Below, piece after piece: positions 29,951 through 39,434 of a stretch of 64,000 nt of DNA. The stretch's first letter is position 1. The number at the start of each line of letters is the position of its first letter. This DNA comes from Clostridia bacterium (GTDB taxonomy: Bacteria; Bacillota; Clostridia; Christensenellales; QALW01). The notes beneath the pieces are model-generated. The model saw nothing but the letters and a program-made list of their open reading frames with translations. It searched no databases and was not told the origin of the DNA. The stretch spans positions 8,663 to 72,662 of the forward strand of contig JAZNXV010000022.1 of NCBI GenBank assembly GCA_045594045.1. The letters run 5' to 3'. A program made the translations under genes and the position numbers.

Positions 29951-29998
29951 TAAAAATAAAAAGGGACACAATTACTCCGTAAGGAAGTAAATGTGCCC
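29951..29998 (-). terminator. Riboswitch-controlled intrinsic terminator (expression platform)
   Basis: GGGCACAUUUACUUCC-UUAC-GGAGUAAUUGUGUCCC followed by UUUUUAUUUUU. Its 5' arm overlaps the conserved CUGGGCA of the aptamer. Confidence 0.75.
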
Positions 29999-30073
29999 AG
30001 ACGGTCGGCTAAAACCAAGTACGTTCTTTGTTCCTCTGTGGTGCTCCACATTTATCCGTCAGTCACAAAGAAC
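29993..30073 (-). promoter_or_regulatory. ZTP riboswitch (pfl motif) aptamer
   Basis: RNA sense: GUUCUUUGU-GACUGACGGAUAAAU-GUGGAGCACCAC-AGAGGA-ACAAAGAAC, a linker, then CCGACCGUCUGGGCA. P1 is 9 bp, P2 is GUGG/CCAC, and the pseudoknot pair GACG:CGUC matches the consensus GGCG:CGCC with a compensatory change. Confidence 0.85.
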
Positions 30074-30093
30074 AGATGAAAAATTACATTTAA

Positions 30094-30122
30094 ATTATAC
30101 AATAAACTGCATTTTCTGTCAA
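30094..30122 (-). promoter_or_regulatory. Consensus sigma-A promoter of the pur operon
   Basis: TTGACA, a 17-nt spacer, then TATAAT, ~20 nt upstream of the riboswitch P1. Confidence 0.7.
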
Positions 30123-30198
30123 GGCACGAAGTAGGTTTTATTACGTTATTTTGATAACCGTTTAATAGCTATTTTACTAAAAAACCACTGTGAATTTT

Positions 30199-30624
30199 TT
30201 AATTATGTTCCTTGGCTTTTGCTTCGCAATACAGGCAACGGTAAACGCCGTTTGCCTTATCCGTAAGCTTGAAAACTTGGTCAAGCTCCTGCTCGGTTGT
30301 AGTGATGCATCTCGGATTCTTGCACTTGATTACGTTTGTTAAGGTTTCCGGCATAGCGATGGTTTTCTTTTCTATCAGCTTGCCCTGCTTAATAACGTTG
30401 ACCGTTACCTTTGGGTCAACGTAACCAATAACGTCTAAATCAAGTTCAATGTCCGCATCCACCTTTATAATATCTTTTCTGCCCATCTTCTTGCTTGCAA
30501 CGTTTTTGATAATTGCAATGGTGCAATCAAGCTTTTCAAGACCGAGCAGCTTATACAGGTACATTCCCCTGCCTGCAGTTATATGGTCGATAACTACACC
30601 GTTTACTATGGAATCAATATTCAT
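30199..30624 (-). CDS. pyrI: Aspartate carbamoyltransferase regulatory subunit
   Basis: 141 aa with a C-terminal zinc domain (CKNPRC...YRCLYCE). Confidence 0.9.
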   Translation of the reverse strand: MNIDSIVNGVVIDHITAGRGMYLYKLLGLEKLDCTIAIIKNVASKKMGRKDIIKVDADIELDLDVIGYVDPKVTVNVIKQGKLIEKKTIAMPETLTNVIKCKNPRCITTTEQELDQVFKLTDKANGVYRCLYCEAKAKEHN

Positions 30625-31541
30625 TGTTCAGCCTCCTTAAGCAATTTGAGCATAAGAGCCATACGCATATATTTTCCGTTAAGCACCTGCTTAAAATAGC
30701 AAGCGCGTTTGTCCTTGTCAATGGCAACGCTTATTTCGTTAACCCTTGGCAACGGGTGCATTATACATAAATCTTCTTTAGCGTTTTTAAGCTTTGAAGG
30801 CTCTAAAATATAACTGTCCTTAAGACGCAGATACTCTTCTTCGTTAAAGAAGCGCTCACGCTGAATACGAGTCATATACAAAATATCAAGTTTGGGCATA
30901 GCTTCTTCCAGGTTATCAGTAACTTCATAAGGAATATTGTTCTTTTTAAGAACATCGTTTTCAACGTAGCTTGGAAGCTTTAATTCGCTTGGCGAAATAA
31001 GCACCAGCTTAATGCCTGTGTAACGGGAAAGGGCATTTATTAAAGAATGCACCGTTCTGCCGAACTTCAAGTCACCGCAAAAGCCTACGGTAAGATTGTT
31101 AAAGCCACCTTTTTCTCTGTAGATGGTTAACAAATCCGCAAGAGTTTGAGTTGGGTGATTGTGTCCGCCGTCACCTGCATTGATAACGGGAATGCTTGCA
31201 TTTTGTGCAGCTACAAGGGGTGCGCCTTCTTTAGGATGGCGCATGGCAATAATATCCGCATAACAGCTTATGGTTTTTGCCGTATCAGAAATGCTTTCGC
31301 CCTTTGCGGCAGATGAACTGTTAGCTTCTGAAAAACCTATAACGTTTCCTCCAAGCTCATACATAGCGGCCTCAAAGCTGAGGCGCGTTCTTGTAGAGGG
31401 CTCAAAGAAAAGAGTCGCAAGCTTTTTACCTCTACAAGCATTTTCGTATTTTTTTGGATTCTCGATAATATCGCACGCAACGGAAATAAGCTCTTCTATT
31501 TCTGTAACAGATAAATCAAGTACGTCAATAATACTTCTCAT
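30621..31541 (-). CDS. pyrB: Aspartate carbamoyltransferase catalytic subunit
   Basis: 306 aa with the STRTR and HPLPR motifs. Confidence 0.95.
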   Translation of the reverse strand: MRSIIDVLDLSVTEIEELISVACDIIENPKKYENACRGKKLATLFFEPSTRTRLSFEAAMYELGGNVIGFSEANSSSAAKGESISDTAKTISCYADIIAMRHPKEGAPLVAAQNASIPVINAGDGGHNHPTQTLADLLTIYREKGGFNNLTVGFCGDLKFGRTVHSLINALSRYTGIKLVLISPSELKLPSYVENDVLKKNNIPYEVTDNLEEAMPKLDILYMTRIQRERFFNEEEYLRLKDSYILEPSKLKNAKEDLCIMHPLPRVNEISVAIDKDKRACYFKQVLNGKYMRMALMLKLLKEAEQ

Positions 31542-32170
31542 TATTTTATCCAGCTTTCGTTAGAAGGATTGTTTCTGAATTTAATTAAGCGTTCTACGTC
31601 TTCCTTTGCAATATAGCCTTCTTCTGCGGCAACAGAAGCGATAACGTCAAAGTTTGTTAAGGAAACGTTCTTTACGTTAGCTTCTTGAAGGCGAGTAATA
31701 CCCTTTTGCATACCGTAAGTAAAGATGCTTACAACGCCTAAAACCTCTGCCCCTGCTTCGCGAAGCACGTTAACAACCTCAATTACGCTACCGCCTGTAG
31801 AAATAAGGTCTTCAACAACAACTACCTTTTGACCTTTTTCAAGTTTGCCTTCGATTTGGTTCTGCCTTCCGTGGTCCTTTGCGCCTGAACGAACGTAACC
31901 CATAGGCATATTTAAAAGATGTGCCGTAATTGCGGCATGGGCAATACCTGCAGTAGAAGTGTCCATAAGAACTTCTGCTTCCGGGTAATGCTCCTTAACG
32001 AGTGCAGCAAGACCTTCTTCAACGTCAAGACGAACAGAAGGCGCTGTCAAAGTAAGTCTGTTATCACAGTAAACGGGACTCTTGATTCCGCTAGCCCAAG
32101 TAAAAGGCTCTTGAGGGCGGAAGAATACGGCTTTAATTGAAAGTAAATCTTTTGCAATTTTCTTTTCCAT
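31541..32170 (-). CDS. pyrE: Orotate phosphoribosyltransferase
   Basis: 209 aa with the PRPP-binding motif [13 protein letters not shown]. Confidence 0.95.
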   Translation of the reverse strand: MEKKIAKDLLSIKAVFFRPQEPFTWASGIKSPVYCDNRLTLTAPSVRLDVEEGLAALVKEHYPEAEVLMDTSTAGIAHAAITAHLLNMPMGYVRSGAKDHGRQNQIEGKLEKGQKVVVVEDLISTGGSVIEVVNVLREAGAEVLGVVSIFTYGMQKGITRLQEANVKNVSLTNFDVIASVAAEEGYIAKEDVERLIKFRNNPSNESWIK

Positions 32171-32200
32171 TTTTATTCTCCTTAAAATTTATTTTTAAGA

Positions 32201-32899
32201 TTAATCAACAAATTCTCTTATGCAACGCTCGTAAGCGGCAACAGGATCGCTAGCGGCTGTAATAGGTCTGCCTACTACAATGTAGTCAGAGCCGATTTTT
32301 TTAGCTTCTTCAGGCGTCATAACGCGCTTTTGGTCGCCAATATCGCCATCAGCAAAACGTACGCCGGGTGTTACTGTTATAAAGTTTTTACCGCAAGCAG
32401 AATGTACTTTTTCAGCTTCCTGAGGTGAGCAAACAACACCGTCAAGCCCTGCAGAAAGAGCATTTTTTGCATAGTGCATAACAACTTCCTGAATAGGCTT
32501 TTCAATAAGCAAATCTTTTTCCATACTTTCTTGGTCAGTAGAAGTAAGCTGTGTTACCGCAATTAAAATAGGACGAGTTCCATCTTCCCTTGTTAAGCCT
32601 TCGATAGCGGCTTTCATCATATTAACTGTGCCTGATGCATGAAGATTTGTCATATCAACATCAAGATGAGAAAGCACTGCCATTGACTTTTTAACTGTGT
32701 TAGGAATATCGTGAAGCTTTAAATCAAGAAATATCTTGTGACCGCGATTTTTAATTTCTTTTACAATGCTGGGTCCTTCTGCATAAAAAAGCTCCATACC
32801 GATTTTTACAAAAGGTTTTTTCCCTTTAAACAAATCTAAAAATTCAAAGGTTTTTTCTGCGCTTGCAAAATCGCAAGCAATAATAACGTCCTTACCCAT
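32201..32899 (-). CDS. pyrF: Orotidine 5'-phosphate decarboxylase
   Basis: 232 aa with the [12 protein letters not shown] motif. Confidence 0.95.
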   Translation of the reverse strand: MGKDVIIACDFASAEKTFEFLDLFKGKKPFVKIGMELFYAEGPSIVKEIKNRGHKIFLDLKLHDIPNTVKKSMAVLSHLDVDMTNLHASGTVNMMKAAIEGLTREDGTRPILIAVTQLTSTDQESMEKDLLIEKPIQEVVMHYAKNALSAGLDGVVCSPQEAEKVHSACGKNFITVTPGVRFADGDIGDQKRVMTPEEAKKIGSDYIVVGRPITAASDPVAAYERCIREFVD

Positions 32900-33810
32900 T
32901 AAAGCGCACCTCCGATAATATCAGATAATTTTTCGATTTTATATTTTTCCATAACGCGTGGCAATTCTTCGATAATATTTTTGCACGCGAAGGGTTCAAC
33001 AAGATTTGCGGCACCTACTTCTACTGCCGTTGCCCCTGCAAGCATCATTTCAACAACGTCTTCAGCAGTTGTTACGCCGCCCATACCTATAACAGGTACT
33101 TTTACGGCATTTGCTACCTGATAAACCATTCTTACAGCTACAGGAAAAATAGCACTGCCTGAAAATCCGCCCATTTTGTTTTTTATAACAGGCTTTTTAG
33201 TTTTTAAATCTATACGCATACCTAAAAGCGTATTTATTAAACTTATACCGTCTGCCCCGGCATCCTCACAAGCCTTGGCGATTGAAACGATATCCGTTAC
33301 GTTTGGCGAAAGCTTTAATATTACGGGCTTTGTGGTAACCTTTTTAACTGCTTTTGTAACCTCTGCCGCGGCTTCGGGTGACGTGCCGAAGCTCATACCG
33401 CCACCGTGCACGTTAGGACAACTTACGTTAACCTCAAGCCAGCCTACCTGCTCACAGGCATCTAACTTTTCGCAAGTGTATGCGTAATCTTCAATAGAAA
33501 ATCCGCTTACGTTCGCCATAACCTTTTTGTTAAAGCATTTTTTAAGTTTGGGCAGTTCATTTGCAATAACGTTTTCAACACCGGGGTTTTGCAGGCCTAC
33601 CGCATTTATCATACCTGCCGTGCATTCCGCTATTCTCGGTGTTGGATTGCCAAAGCGCGCGTCGCGGGTAGTACCCTTAAAAGAAAACGTACCTAAAACG
33701 TTTATATCAAAAAGCTCTGCAAATTCGTAACCGTATCCGAACGTACCGCTTGCGGGAATTACGGGATTATCAAGTTCAATTCCGCAAAGGTTTACACTTA
33801 ATTTTCCCAT
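32899..33810 (-). CDS. pyrD: Dihydroorotate dehydrogenase 1B, catalytic subunit
   Basis: The start is at [10 protein letters not shown] with an AGGAGG SD (ORF-track start 33849). Class-1 DHOD motifs are present ([20 protein letters not shown]). Confidence 0.9.
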   Translation of the reverse strand: MGKLSVNLCGIELDNPVIPASGTFGYGYEFAELFDINVLGTFSFKGTTRDARFGNPTPRIAECTAGMINAVGLQNPGVENVIANELPKLKKCFNKKVMANVSGFSIEDYAYTCEKLDACEQVGWLEVNVSCPNVHGGGMSFGTSPEAAAEVTKAVKKVTTKPVILKLSPNVTDIVSIAKACEDAGADGISLINTLLGMRIDLKTKKPVIKNKMGGFSGSAIFPVAVRMVYQVANAVKVPVIGMGGVTTAEDVVEMMLAGATAVEVGAANLVEPFACKNIIEELPRVMEKYKIEKLSDIIGGAL

Positions 33811-34532
33811 AAAATTTCCTCCTTTACAAGCACGGGACCGTCTTTGCAAATACGCTTATATCCCGTAACGGTCTTGCACGAGCAGCCCATACAGGCGCCA
33901 AAGCCACAACCCATGCGTTCTTCAAAGCTGAACTGACCGCTTGTTACACTCGTTTTATATACTGCTTTAAGCATTGGTTCAGGTCCGCAACAATAAAAAT
34001 ACGTGTAATCAATATCCTTCATAGCATCAGTAACAAAGCCTTTAATGCCCATAGTGCCGTCAACGGTAGTTATAAGCACCTTTGCGCCTAATTTTTCAAA
34101 TTCGTCTTTATAGAAAACCTCTGATGCGCTGTTAAAGCCTAAAACAACCGTTACGCTTTTGCCTTGTTTAATAAGTTCCTTTGCCAGCATATACATAGGG
34201 GGAACACCTACGCCTCCGCCAAGAAGCAGGGGCTTATCTCCCGATACGCTTAAATCGTAGCCGTTGCCGAGCCCCGTAAGCACGTCCAATGTACCCTCTT
34301 TAAGCTTGCTCATATATTCTGTTCCTTTACCTACCGCCTTGTAAATGATTGTAAGCTCATTATCATTACAATCACAAACAGAAATGGGGCGACGCAAATA
34401 TAATCCGTCAAGCTTAATATTTACAAACTGACCTGAAGCAGTAATATCGCTTGTATCACCCTTCAACACCATTTTAAAAACGTTTTCTGTTAAAGGAATA
34501 TTTTGGCATATTTCAAACAAACCTTGTTTCAT
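33798..34532 (-). CDS. pyrK: Dihydroorotate dehydrogenase 1B, electron-transfer subunit
   Basis: 244 aa, FAD-binding, with a C-terminal 2Fe-2S motif (CGFGACMGCSC). Confidence 0.9.
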   Translation of the reverse strand: MKQGLFEICQNIPLTENVFKMVLKGDTSDITASGQFVNIKLDGLYLRRPISVCDCNDNELTIIYKAVGKGTEYMSKLKEGTLDVLTGLGNGYDLSVSGDKPLLLGGGVGVPPMYMLAKELIKQGKSVTVVLGFNSASEVFYKDEFEKLGAKVLITTVDGTMGIKGFVTDAMKDIDYTYFYCCGPEPMLKAVYKTSVTSGQFSFEERMGCGFGACMGCSCKTVTGYKRICKDGPVLVKEEILWEN

Positions 34533-34594
34533 TTTTCACCTATATTTTTCTTTTTGTTTTTATAAAGGCCACTAAAAAGCGACCTTTATAAACA

Positions 34595-37500
34595 TTAAGC
34601 ATCAATTGTTGAAATTGTAAGAGTTGTTTCTTCTAAAACGTCAAGCAAAACTCTAACAGTATCAAGGGCGGTAAATATTGTTACGTTGTTATCGGTTGCA
34701 AAGCATCTGATTTCATAACCGTCGCTCGCTTCGCCGACGGAGTCAATATCCTTTGTATTGAGAACGTAAGCAATATGGCCTTGACGGAGTGCATCAGGAA
34801 TCTCATCGGGATCCTCGCTGATTTTGTGAAGAACGTGAGTATTAATACCGTTGCTCTTTAAGAATTTTGCAGTTCCGATTGTGGCTTGAATATTGAAGCC
34901 TAAATTATAGAACCTGCGAATTAAAGGAAGTGCTTCTTCCTTATCCTTATCGGCAATAGTAGCAAATACGGTACCGTAGTTTTGAAGGTGCATGCCCGAT
35001 GCCTGAAGCGCCTTATAAAGCGCGCGGTTAAGCTTATCGTCATATCCGATAGCTTCGCCGGTTGATTTCATTTCAGGTGAAAGGTAAGCATCAAGACCGC
35101 GAATCTTATTAAAGGAGAATACGGGAACCTTTACGTACCAACGGTTCTTCTCTTTAGGATAGATGTCAAAAATGCCCTGTTCCTTTAAGGATTTACCCAT
35201 AATAACTTCAGTAGCTATATCAGCCAAGCTGTAGCCCGTTGCCTTTGATAAGAAGGGCACTGTTCTTGACGAACGGGGGTTAACCTCAATAATAAATACA
35301 TTATCGTTTTTTTCAACGATAAATTGAATATTGAACAAGCCGATTATTCCAATGCCTAAGCCGAGCTTTTTGGCGTACTGCAAAATCAAGCCCTTTACCT
35401 TATCGGAGATGCTAAAGGTGGGATAAACGCTTATGGAGTCACCGCTGTGGATACCCGTGCGCTCAACAAGCTCCATAATACCGGGAACGAACACGTCCTT
35501 ACCGTCGCAAATAGCGTCAATTTCTACCTCTTTACCTTGAATGTACTTATCTACAAGAACGGGTCTGTCTTCGTCGATTTCTACCGCAGTTTTAAGGTAA
35601 TGGCGAAGCTGACTTTCGTTAGCAACTATCTGCATTGCTCTTCCGCCTAAAACAAAGCTGGGACGAACAAGCACGGGATAGCCGATTTCCTTTGCCGCGG
35701 CAATACCGTCTTCAATCTTTGTAACGGCTCTGCCTTGGGGTTGAGGAATATTAAGCTCCTCTAAAACCTTTTCAAAGCTATCTCTGTTTTCAGCGCGTTC
35801 AATAGCGGCACAGTCAGTACCGATAATTTTAACTCCGCGTTCCATCAAGGGCTCTGCAAGGTTAATGGCGGTTTGTCCACCCAAGGAAGCGATAACGCCT
35901 TCGGGCTTTTCAAACTCGATTATATTCATTACGTCTTCTGCTGTTAAAGGCTCGAAATAAAGCTTATCCGCAGTGGTGTAATCTGTAGAAACGGTTTCGG
36001 GGTTGTTGTTTATAATTATTGCTTCGTAACCTGTATTTTTGATTGTTGTAACAGCGTGAACGGTTGAATAGTCAAACTCAACACCCTGACCGATACGGAT
36101 AGGCCCTGCGCCAAGCACCACGATTTTCTTTTTATCGGTAATTCTTGAGGCGTTTTCGCCCGTGTATGAAGAATAGAAGTAAGGAATATATGCGTTAGTG
36201 TGGCAAGTGTCAACCATTTTAAATACGGGGAAAATATTGTGCTCTTTACGCATATTAAATACGTCAAGCTCACTAACTGACCAAAGCTTTGCAATAAACT
36301 TATCGCTAAAGCCCATTTTTTTAGCTGCCTTTAAGGTTTCTAAATCCTTTGAGGCTTTTATTTTCTCTTCCATTTCAACAATATTTTTAATTGCTTCAAG
36401 GAAATAGGTTGTAATCATTGTTGCCTTATGCAGCTCGTCTAAAGAAACTCCCTTGCGAATAAGCTGTGTAATGGCAAAAATGTTGTCGTCCTTAAACTCT
36501 TTGATATAATCAAACAACTGCTCGATTGTCATATTATCGAATTTAGGCAGATGGAAATGGCAAGCGCCGATTTCAAGAGAGCGAACGGATTTAAGCAAAC
36601 ATTCTTCTAAGCTTGAACCGATACCCATAACTTCACCGGTTGCTTTCATCTGTGTGCCAAGAGTATTTTTTGCTGTTGCAAATTTATCAAAGGGGAAACG
36701 AGGTAATTTTGCAATAACGTAATCAAGACTTGGTTCAAATGCCGCATTGGTATTAGCAATAGCAATATCTTCTAACGACATACCTACGGCAATTTTAGCA
36801 GTAACACGGGCTATAGGATATCCGCTTGCTTTTGATGCTAAAGCTGATGAACGGGAAACTCTTGGGTTAACCTCGATTAAGTAGTATTCACTTGTTTCAG
36901 GATTAAGGGCAAACTGAACGTTACAGCCGCCTGCGATTTTAAGCTCTCTGATAAGCTTAATAGCGCTATCGTTAAGCATTTTTTTATCGTGCTCGCTAAG
37001 AGTCATAATAGGCGCAACTACGATAGAGTCACCTGTATGAACGCCAACGGGGTCGATATTTTCCATACCGCAGATTGTTATGGCGTTATCATAAGAGTCA
37101 CGCATAACTTCAAATTCAATTTCTTTATAGCCTTTAACGCTCTTTTCAATTAAAACCTGATGTACGGGTGAAAGCTTAAAGGCGTTAGTTCCAACTTCAA
37201 TAAGCTCGGCTTCATTGTAAGCAAAGCCGCCGCCTGTACCGCCTAAAGTAAATGCAGGACGAAGAACAACGGGGTAACCTATTCTCTTTGCTGCTTCCTT
37301 TGCTTCATCAAGGCTGTACGTAATTTCTGAAGGAATGGTAGGCTCGCCAATGGACTGGCAAAGCTCTTTAAAAAGTTCTCTGTCTTCAGCGCGCTCAATA
37401 CTTTCACTGCTTGTTCCCAAAAGCTCAACGTCACATTCCTTTAAAACGCCCTTTTTCTCAAGTTGCATTGCAAGGTTTAAGCCTGTTTGTCCACCAATAC

Positions 37501-37765
37501 CGGGGACAATGGCATCGGGTCGCTCATAGCGCAAAATTTTCGCAACGTACTCTAAGGTTAAAGGTTCCATATAAACCTTATCAGCGATAGTAGTATCCGT
37601 CATAATAGTAGCAGGGTTTGAGTTACAAAGCACTACCTCGTAGCCCTCTTCTTTAAGAGCTAAGCAAGCTTGCGTTCCCGCATAGTCAAACTCAGCCGCC
37701 TGTCCAATAACAATAGGTCCTGAACCTATAATAAGAACCTTTTTAATGTCTGTTCTCTTTGCCAT
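34595..37765 (-). CDS. carB: Carbamoyl-phosphate synthase large subunit
   Basis: About 1056 aa from MAKRTDIKKVLIIGSGPIVIGQA with a GGAGGT SD (ORF-track start 37822). It has duplicated ATP-grasp halves and a C-terminal MGS-like domain. Confidence 0.95.
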   Translation of the reverse strand: MAKRTDIKKVLIIGSGPIVIGQAAEFDYAGTQACLALKEEGYEVVLCNSNPATIMTDTTIADKVYMEPLTLEYVAKILRYERPDAIVPGIGGQTGLNLAMQLEKKGVLKECDVELLGTSSESIERAEDRELFKELCQSIGEPTIPSEITYSLDEAKEAAKRIGYPVVLRPAFTLGGTGGGFAYNEAELIEVGTNAFKLSPVHQVLIEKSVKGYKEIEFEVMRDSYDNAITICGMENIDPVGVHTGDSIVVAPIMTLSEHDKKMLNDSAIKLIRELKIAGGCNVQFALNPETSEYYLIEVNPRVSRSSALASKASGYPIARVTAKIAVGMSLEDIAIANTNAAFEPSLDYVIAKLPRFPFDKFATAKNTLGTQMKATGEVMGIGSSLEECLLKSVRSLEIGACHFHLPKFDNMTIEQLFDYIKEFKDDNIFAITQLIRKGVSLDELHKATMITTYFLEAIKNIVEMEEKIKASKDLETLKAAKKMGFSDKFIAKLWSVSELDVFNMRKEHNIFPVFKMVDTCHTNAYIPYFYSSYTGENASRITDKKKIVVLGAGPIRIGQGVEFDYSTVHAVTTIKNTGYEAIIINNNPETVSTDYTTADKLYFEPLTAEDVMNIIEFEKPEGVIASLGGQTAINLAEPLMERGVKIIGTDCAAIERAENRDSFEKVLEELNIPQPQGRAVTKIEDGIAAAKEIGYPVLVRPSFVLGGRAMQIVANESQLRHYLKTAVEIDEDRPVLVDKYIQGKEVEIDAICDGKDVFVPGIMELVERTGIHSGDSISVYPTFSISDKVKGLILQYAKKLGLGIGIIGLFNIQFIVEKNDNVFIIEVNPRSSRTVPFLSKATGYSLADIATEVIMGKSLKEQGIFDIYPKEKNRWYVKVPVFSFNKIRGLDAYLSPEMKSTGEAIGYDDKLNRALYKALQASGMHLQNYGTVFATIADKDKEEALPLIRRFYNLGFNIQATIGTAKFLKSNGINTHVLHKISEDPDEIPDALRQGHIAYVLNTKDIDSVGEASDGYEIRCFATDNNVTIFTALDTVRVLLDVLEETTLTISTIDA

Positions 37766-37791
37766 AGTAACCTCCGAATATATAAATAAAA

Positions 37792-39000
37792 TTAAAGTTC
37801 GTAAACAATTTTGCCGCCGCATACCGTAAGCTTACACTTTCCTGAAAGCTCGCAGTTTTCAAAGGGCGTCGCCTTGCCCAAAGACAAGAAATCATTTGTA
37901 TCAACAACGTATCTTTCGTTTAAATCCCAAATGCTGAAACTGTTTGTATCTTTAATGTTAAAGCGTTTTCTTGGATTTACCGAAAGCAAGTTAATTAATC
38001 TTTCAAGGCTAATGATACCCGTTTTAACCAAGTGCGTATACATTACACCAAACGCCGTTTCAAGACCTACAATGCCAAAGGCGCTTTTTTCAAGACCTTT
38101 TGACTTTTCTTCTAAAGAGTGGGGCGCGTGATCGGTGGCAATCATATCAATAGTGCCGTCTTTTATGCCTTCAATAAGGGCTAATCTGTCTGCTTTACTT
38201 CGAAGCGGCGGATTCATTTTAAAACGCCCTTCTTCTTGCAAATCATTATCGTCAAGCACCAAGTAGTGCGGTCCCGTTTCACAAGTAACGTTTACGCCGC
38301 GCTTTTTAGCTTGGCGAATAAGTTCCACACTTTCCTTTGCAGAAACATGGCACACGTGATAAGCGCAGCCCGTTTTTTCTACCAAGCGTAAATCTCTTTC
38401 AATTTGCTTGTACTCGCTTTCCGAGCATATTCCCCTATGCCCGTGAGCCTTTGCATATTCACCTAAATGAATGTATCCGCCGTGCAAGAGAGAATTATCT
38501 TCGCAATGGGCAACAATCATTTTGTTTGCCTTTTTAGCCTGCTCCATAGCATTAAGCATCATTTCTTCACTCTGAACGCCTCTGCCATCATCAGAAAAGC
38601 CTATTGCTAAATTTTTAAGGCTTTGAAAATCTACAAGTTCTTCCCCTGCCTGACGTTTTGTGATTGAAGCATAAGGATAAACGTTTATGCAAGCATCTTT
38701 ATCAATTATATCTTGCTGAATTTTAATATTCTCCACGCTGTCGGGAACGGGGTTGAGATTCGGCATTGTGCAAACGGACGTGTATCCGCCGTGTGCCGCC
38801 GCAAGAGAGCCTGTTTTTATGGTTTCCTTATATGAAAAACCCGGCTCGCGAAAATGCACATGCACATCACAAAAGCCGGGAAAAATGGAATACTTATCCG
38901 TATTAAATTTTGAAAATTGCTGATCCTTTAAAAGAGAGGATACTAATGCCTTGGTGTTATGGTCAAGCCCTATCATTTTTGCTTTTAACAATTCAGCCAT
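37792..39000 (-). CDS. pyrC: Dihydroorotase
   Basis: 402 aa with the metal-binding motif DVHVHFREPG and the later AHCED and DHAPH motifs. Confidence 0.9.
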   Translation of the reverse strand: MAELLKAKMIGLDHNTKALVSSLLKDQQFSKFNTDKYSIFPGFCDVHVHFREPGFSYKETIKTGSLAAAHGGYTSVCTMPNLNPVPDSVENIKIQQDIIDKDACINVYPYASITKRQAGEELVDFQSLKNLAIGFSDDGRGVQSEEMMLNAMEQAKKANKMIVAHCEDNSLLHGGYIHLGEYAKAHGHRGICSESEYKQIERDLRLVEKTGCAYHVCHVSAKESVELIRQAKKRGVNVTCETGPHYLVLDDNDLQEEGRFKMNPPLRSKADRLALIEGIKDGTIDMIATDHAPHSLEEKSKGLEKSAFGIVGLETAFGVMYTHLVKTGIISLERLINLLSVNPRKRFNIKDTNSFSIWDLNERYVVDTNDFLSLGKATPFENCELSGKCKLTVCGGKIVYEL

Positions 39001-39015
39001 ATCGTTATCCTTTCT

Positions 39016-39046
39016 TAAAAAAAGAAGCCTTGCACATCGGCAAGAC
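39016..39046 (-). terminator. Leader terminator (attenuator) immediately upstream of pyrC
   Basis: AGUCUUGC-CGAUGU-GCAAGGCU followed by UCUUUUUUU, ending ~15 nt before the pyrC SD. A second terminator-like hairpin lies at 39048-39075 (AUACAGC-AAG-GCUGUAU then GUUUUUGUGUG). Confidence 0.6.
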
Positions 39047-39172
39047 TACACACAAAAACATACAGCCTTGCTGTATTATCAAAGTATATAAAAAACCTTA
39101 CCGATATCTCTGTACCGTCTTTTAAAGATTTATTTTTAAGGCAACGAAAACAGACCTTTTCGTTACCTTGTT

Positions 39173-39201
39173 AAGTTTATCATTTTTGGCGTCTTTTGTC
39201 A
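39173..39201 (-). promoter_or_regulatory. Candidate sigma-A promoter of the pyr operon
   Basis: TTGACA, a 17-nt spacer, then TAAACT. A 13-bp-arm inverted repeat (39137-39168) follows directly. Confidence 0.4.
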
Positions 39202-39381
39202 ATTGATTTTTAGTGTATACATATAAAATATTAAATAAAATATACTATATTCTAAGCTTAATTTTTACTGTGTTTTTCAGCCTTTGCAAAGCTGTTTACA
39301 AATGGTAAAATGCACCTTTAAACAGATGATAGAAATTCCGCTACATTAAATAGAATTTTGATATTTTTCTTTTAAAATCAC

Positions 39382-39416
39382 AAAAAAAGCAGGTGTTTTT
39401 TTACACCTGCTTTTTA
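39382..39416 (-). terminator. Intrinsic (bidirectional) terminator after ispH::S1
   Basis: GCAGGUGU-AAAAAA-ACACCUGC flanked by A-runs and U-runs on both sides. Confidence 0.8.
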
Positions 39417-39434
39417 TTTTAACATTTTATTTGA

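Noticed and set aside
29941-30122. A purine (guanine/adenine) riboswitch upstream of purE.
   Set aside because: I could not find the three-way-junction purine aptamer core. The sequence instead fits the ZTP (pfl) two-subdomain consensus with CUGGGCA.
30123-30198. Terminator expected between pyrI and the pur promoter.
   Set aside because: Only a trivial 3-bp palindrome next to a T-run is present. I could not support a hairpin, so no terminator is called. Read-through from pyr into the pur leader remains possible.
37766-37822. N-terminal extensions given by the ORF track for carB, and likewise for pyrD, ddl, yitT, rluB, fbp, rfbC, queH, purD, purE, oadA, trpB and the flavoprotein.
   Set aside because: In each case an internal ATG is preceded by a strong SD at 6-9 nt and begins the conserved family N-terminus. 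The extensions overlap upstream genes or promoters.
39283-39416. Possible plus-strand small RNA. A TTGCAA-16-TAAAAT promoter-like match faces the bidirectional terminator at 39389-39410, giving a ~100-nt transcript.
   Set aside because: The region is very AT-rich, so promoter-like hexamers are expected by chance. The putative transcript has no obvious structure apart from the shared terminator. It is not supportable without expression data.
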